A program made the translations under genes and the position numbers. From assembly GCA_009774535.1 (NCBI GenBank), contig VSNY01000002.1, positions 8,334-72,333 on the forward strand: a stretch of DNA of 64,000 bases, written 5' to 3'. Shown here in pieces: positions 59,723-64,000 of this stretch. Each line of letters starts with the position of its first letter. Positions within the stretch are counted from its first letter, which is position 1. The DNA comes from Lachnospiraceae bacterium (lineage in GTDB: Bacteria > Bacillota > Clostridia > Lachnospirales > Lachnospiraceae). Below the pieces are notes generated by a model. The model did not search any database and was not told the DNA's origin. It saw only the letters and a list, made by a program, of their open reading frames with translations.

Positions 59723-60154
59723 ATGAAGAAAACAGTTGTCGTGCTTCGGGTCTTATGCACACTTTTAGACGCCATACTGATCATGATTCCTTTGCAGTTT
59801 CTAATGATCGGGGTATTCCAGGTACCCGCCGCTCAGGCGGATTTGCTGTACAAGTTTCTGTTTGCGGTATATGGAGCGCTGTTTACGGAATATTTGGGAG
59901 GCACACCGGGCAAATATCTGGGAAAGCTCTGCTGCGTGGATGTCAGCGGTACGAAAGCTCCGATTCTGTACACCGGACTTCGGGAACTGGTAAAGGCGAT
60001 GTATTTTATTCCGGTGATCGGCTGGCTGGCGGCGGCAGTCAGTATCGTTATGATGACAGTGCGCAAGGACGGCAGGACTTTACATGATCTTGCCGGAAAT
60101 ACCAAAGTGGTCTGCCGCAGCGTTAAGGAAGGAGAACAGGATGGCAGCAGGTGA
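59723..60154 (+). CDS. RDD family membrane protein
   Basis: R....LLD, GTPGK, RE..K, RTLHD..GNT.VV; RBS AGGAGG. Confidence 0.85.
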   Translation: MKKTVVVLRVLCTLLDAILIMIPLQFLMIGVFQVPAAQADLLYKFLFAVYGALFTEYLGGTPGKYLGKLCCVDVSGTKAPILYTGLRELVKAMYFIPVIGWLAAAVSIVMMTVRKDGRTLHDLAGNTKVVCRSVKEGEQDGSR

Positions 60155-60461
60155 AAGATCCATGCTTCTGATCCATGCAGCGGTGTATGCGGTGAATGAA
60201 AATTCTCTGCTGGCAGCGATGAATCCATTTTGTCTGCTGGCTGGCGCGGCGCTTGTATGTATCCTGGCATGGTATTGTGCAAAACGTTATCAAAATACGA
60301 ATGATTTTAAGAAAAGCGTGTATGTTTATGTGCCTTGCGTGATTTTTTTGGATCTGCTCCTGCTGTTTGTTCTGGAGATCGATGCGCTGTTATGCATTGG
60401 CCTTGATCTATGCGGATTGATTGTGATGGCGCTGATATCCAATCATTATTTTTATTCGTAG
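60141..60461 (+). CDS. Small hypothetical membrane protein (3 TM)
   Basis: AAGGAG RBS, overlaps the RDD gene, hydrophobic. Confidence 0.65.
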   Translation: MAAGERSMLLIHAAVYAVNENSLLAAMNPFCLLAGAALVCILAWYCAKRYQNTNDFKKSVYVYVPCVIFLDLLLLFVLEIDALLCIGLDLCGLIVMALISNHYFYS

Positions 60462-60563
60462 GAAGCGTTTGCAAAGGAGCTGCACAGGCATATGCAAAAT
60501 TATCGTAACAGTTCAGGATCTGAACGGTTACAAGTTTTATGTATTGGAAAAAGGAGAAAAAGT

Positions 60564-62909
60564 GTGAAAACGAATATGGATTATACAAAAGCAGAACAGT
60601 GGATCATCGGCGAACGGGCGTTTGACAGCAGATATCTTGGAAAATGCGAATCTGTGATGTGCCTGGGAAATGGCTATATGTGTATCCGCAGCGCGACGGA
60701 AGAGTCTTATCTTGGTGAAACGAGGGATTTTTTTGTAGCGGGTACGTTCAATAAATTTGACAAAGATGAAGTGACAGAGCTTCCGAACGCGGCCGATATC
60801 ATCCATTTTCCGATTGCGGTAAACGGACAGGAATTTTCTCTGGAAAAAGGCAGGATACACAGCTATTCCCGGGAATTGAATCTAAAGACCGGGGAACTGG
60901 TCCGGCTCGTAGAATGGGAAGCGCCTGCAGGGGAACGGCTGAAGATAGAATTTCGCAGGATCGTTTCGATGAAAGAACTGCATACCATGGCGCAGAAGAT
61001 AACCATCGTGCCGTCAGGCCAGACGGTCAGCCTGAAATTTCTGCCGGGAATCGACGGCAGCGTGACGAACAGCGGTGTGCAGCATTTTTCTGAGGGCGAT
61101 AAGCGGTTTTACGATGGCAAATTTATGCAGTCCTGTCAGACGACGACACAGTCAGGGATTGATTTTGTATTCACACAGACCTGTGACTTTTCTTGTGAAG
61201 GCAGTCCGTATGCGATGGAACAGCTGATTCAGATGGACCGCCGGAAGATCAGCTGCGAATATACATGCAGCCTTGCGGCCGGGAAAGAGCTGGTGATTGA
61301 AAAAATCAGCAATGTCTATACATCCAGGGATAAAGAGATGGAAGGAAAGACGCTGGGGCAGCTGCAGCAGACAGGTCTTGAGGCATTAAAGCGCAGCGCG
61401 GCAGCTGGTTATGACGCGCTTGCGCGGGAGAGCGCGGCAGCATGGGCAGAACGCGTGTGGGATAAGACGCCGATTGTGATACGGTCGCAGCATCCGCTGG
61501 ATCAGCTTGCGGTTCGGTTTGCGCAGTACCATTTGTATGTGATGACGCCGGCGCATGATAACCGGATGAATATCGGGGCAAAAGGACTGAGCGGAGAAGG
61601 CTATAAGGGGCATACCTTCTGGGATACGGATATTTTCGCACTTCCATATTTTACCTTTACGGACCCGGACGTGGCGCGGTCGCTGGAAGAATACCGCTAT
61701 CTGTCCCTGCCTGGCGCGCACAAAAAAGCGGCGGAAAATGGCTATGAGGGCGCGCAGTTCCCGTGGGAATCGGCTTGGCTTAACGATGGGGAAGTGACGC
61801 CTGTATGGGGTGCGGCAGATATCGTAACCGGACAGCCGACCAAGATCTGGTCCGGATTTATTGAACAGCACATTACGGCGGACGTGGCGTATGGCGTATG
61901 GCAGTATTATATGGTTACCAGGGATCAGGACTTTATGGACCGTTATGGATATGAACTGTTAATGGATACGGCGCTGTTTTGGGCTTCCCGTCTGGAATGG
62001 AGCGAAGAGGATCATCTGTACCATATCAACGATGTGGTAGGGCCGGATGAGTACAAGGAACATGCGGACGATAACGCGTATACCAACTATATGGCGCATT
62101 GGAATATTGGCATTGCGATCCGTTATTATGAAGAACTGAAAGAGAAAAAACCTGAGATTTTTGCAAGGCTGAATAAGAAAATGGGGCTGGATCATGCCTG
62201 CCGGATTTGGAAAGAGCGCCGGGAGCTTATTTATCTGCCGAAGCCGCGTCCGCAGGATCTGGTTGTTGCACAGGACGCGAAATACCTTACATACCCGGTC
62301 ATTGATCTGACCAAGTACAAACAGGCGAAAGAAGTAGGCACGCTGTTTCGGGAGTACAATTTGGAGCAGGTAAACCGGATGCAGGTGTCCAAGCAGGCAG
62401 ATATTATGATCCTGTTTTTCCTGATGGAAGATCTGTTTTCTCTGGATGTAAAACGGGCGAACTGGGATTATTATGAACCGAAGACGCTGCATGATTCTTC
62501 TTTGTCGCTGTCTACGCACGTAATACTTGCAAGTGATATGAAGGATAAAAAGCTGGCTTATGAGCTGTTTGAGCGGGCTGTACGTATCGATATGGGTGAA
62601 AATATGAAGTCTTCGGACGCCGGGATTCATGCTGCTTCGCTGGCCGGGATCTGGCAGTCGGTTGTCTATGGGTTTGGCGGCGTGCGTATGCTGCATGGCG
62701 ATCTTCGGGTATGCCCGATGCTGCCGGACGCTTGGTCGAGCGTGGAGTTTTCCATTTGCTGGCATGGGCAGAAGCTGGAGATCTATGCAGATCACGAAGA
62801 GGTGCGTATAAAAAATATTACCGGAACAGAAAGTATAGAAATTGAAGTATATGGTGAAAAGCACCAAATTTCTAAAGAAATAACTGTAAAAATTGACGAA
62901 AATAAGTAA
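60564..62909 (+). CDS. Glycoside hydrolase family 65 (disaccharide phosphorylase)
   Basis: LGNGYM, KGLSGEGYKGHTFWDTD, GPDEY, KQAD, HDSSLS. Confidence 0.93.
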   Translation: MKTNMDYTKAEQWIIGERAFDSRYLGKCESVMCLGNGYMCIRSATEESYLGETRDFFVAGTFNKFDKDEVTELPNAADIIHFPIAVNGQEFSLEKGRIHSYSRELNLKTGELVRLVEWEAPAGERLKIEFRRIVSMKELHTMAQKITIVPSGQTVSLKFLPGIDGSVTNSGVQHFSEGDKRFYDGKFMQSCQTTTQSGIDFVFTQTCDFSCEGSPYAMEQLIQMDRRKISCEYTCSLAAGKELVIEKISNVYTSRDKEMEGKTLGQLQQTGLEALKRSAAAGYDALARESAAAWAERVWDKTPIVIRSQHPLDQLAVRFAQYHLYVMTPAHDNRMNIGAKGLSGEGYKGHTFWDTDIFALPYFTFTDPDVARSLEEYRYLSLPGAHKKAAENGYEGAQFPWESAWLNDGEVTPVWGAADIVTGQPTKIWSGFIEQHITADVAYGVWQYYMVTRDQDFMDRYGYELLMDTALFWASRLEWSEEDHLYHINDVVGPDEYKEHADDNAYTNYMAHWNIGIAIRYYEELKEKKPEIFARLNKKMGLDHACRIWKERRELIYLPKPRPQDLVVAQDAKYLTYPVIDLTKYKQAKEVGTLFREYNLEQVNRMQVSKQADIMILFFLMEDLFSLDVKRANWDYYEPKTLHDSSLSLSTHVILASDMKDKKLAYELFERAVRIDMGENMKSSDAGIHAASLAGIWQSVVYGFGGVRMLHGDLRVCPMLPDAWSSVEFSICWHGQKLEIYADHEEVRIKNITGTESIEIEVYGEKHQISKEITVKIDENK

Positions 62910-62924
62910 ATACCACTTTTTTTA

Positions 62925-62974
62925 TTGACTTCCAAAACGTTTTGGCGGACAATATAAATACGAAAACGTTTTGG
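62925..62974 (+). promoter_or_regulatory. Promoter with two LacI-type operators
   Basis: TTGACT-17-GACAAT; perfect palindrome CCAAAACGTTTTGG at 62932-62945 and CGAAAACGTTTTGG at 62961-62974. Confidence 0.75.
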
Positions 62975-63133
62975 AACAGTACAAAACTGCTGAACGGTTC
63001 TAAAAAAATGTTCAAAAAGAAGCGGCAGCAGGGAAGGATATTCCAGCGGGGGAGAGTTATACTAAAACAAGAGGCGGTCTTGCGAAATCGTATAAGAAAG
63101 ACCGCCGCACAAAAAAAGGAGGAATATGAAATT

Positions 63134-64000
63134 ATGATGAAGAAGAAAATGAAAAGAGCGGCAGCATTGGCAGCGGCAGCGGTACTTGCAGTCAGCAGTA
63201 TGGCGGCATGCGGCAGCGGTGACGACGGCAAATCTGACAATTCCGCAGACAACACAAACGACGGCGCGAATACGGATAACGCAGATGATGGAAATGCGGA
63301 TGCTTCCGGCGGCGACAGTACAGACGGCGCGGCAGCAGATTTTTCCGGCAAAAAGCTTGCAATCGGCGCATGGGGCGGCAATGATCAGGAAGCTGCAGCA
63401 CTGGACAAGATGATTGCGGAATTTGAAAATGCAACTGGCGCGGATGTAGAGTTAAAAATATACACCGATTACAATACGCAGATCCAGGCAGACTTTGTAG
63501 CAGGCACGGCGCCGGACGCGTTCTACATTGACGGCAGTATGTTCCCGTTCTACAGCAATCTTGGCGTTATGGAGCCGCTGGACAAAGAAGAAATGGATGC
63601 GGGACAGTACTATGAAAACCTTCTGAGCGCGTTTACCGCAGAAGACGGCACCGTTTACTGTATTCCGAAGGATGTTTCTACACTGGCGACTTACTACAAT
63701 ATCGACATGTTGGAAGAAGTCGGTGTGAAACCGGAAGATATCCCGGACGCGCTGGACGATTACAAAGAATTTCTCACAGACCTGCAGGCGAAGCTGGATG
63801 AAAAACACGGCGAAGGCCAGGTAGCAGCTATGACCTACAACCTGGATATGTCCAGAAACCTGTATATTTTGGAAGCAGACGGCGACAGCATTATTGATGA
63901 AGACGGAAAATCACAGTTAAGCCAGCCGGGGATCTTAAGCAACCTGGAATTTATGACAGATCTGGCACAGTCCGGCTGCTGGCAGACGCCAAAGGATCTG
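63134..64000 (+). CDS. Sugar ABC transporter substrate-binding lipoprotein, partial (runs off the window)
   Basis: MMKKKMKRAAALAAAAVLAVSSMAA-C lipobox, acidic linker, GTAPDAFY, YCIPKD, YYNIDML; absent from the ORF track because it has no stop. Confidence 0.88.
   Translation, partial: MMKKKMKRAAALAAAAVLAVSSMAACGSGDDGKSDNSADNTNDGANTDNADDGNADASGGDSTDGAAADFSGKKLAIGAWGGNDQEAAALDKMIAEFENATGADVELKIYTDYNTQIQADFVAGTAPDAFYIDGSMFPFYSNLGVMEPLDKEEMDAGQYYENLLSAFTAEDGTVYCIPKDVSTLATYYNIDMLEEVGVKPEDIPDALDDYKEFLTDLQAKLDEKHGEGQVAAMTYNLDMSRNLYILEADGDSIIDEDGKSQLSQPGILSNLEFMTDLAQSGCWQTPKDL

Overview
Chromosomal window from a low-GC Gram-positive anaerobe. The gene content (secA, spoVG, glgB/glgC/glgD, class III fbp, two HPr-like proteins, MCP/PilZ, LTA synthase, dnaD-like gene, SigK-like promoter) points to a sporulating, probably motile Clostridia/Lachnospiraceae-like organism; this is inference. 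Most of the window is housekeeping, transport and carbohydrate genes. I see no rRNA, tRNA, cas genes or intact transposase. The most unusual element is the ~1.2 kb gap between a PilZ gene and secA. It holds a near-consensus sigmaA promoter on the minus strand (~7346-7318), a strand-polarised hairpin (~6393-6435) and, between them, a ~920 nt region with no long ORF. This region carries 7 clear and several degenerate copies of a ~22-nt motif (GAAAGYGGGGWYAGWCCAATG) at ~60-nt spacing. Each clear copy looks like a Shine-Dalgarno plus AUG followed by a 3-14 codon micro-ORF, so it is a candidate undescribed repeat-array ncRNA (sponge/decoy) or micropeptide array. Also notable: a highly structured ~170-nt candidate ncRNA directly after a DIP1984-like gene; a RAT-type antiterminator before an HPr lacking Ser46; a DnaA-box cluster upstream of the dnaD/dnaC-like operon; a family of GC-rich intergenic REP/MITE-like repeats; several gene remnants; a DUF4160 TA-like pair; and a LacI-type operator shared by an RDD/GH65 operon and a sugar ABC lipoprotein. 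All family assignments come from motif recognition by eye, not database searches.
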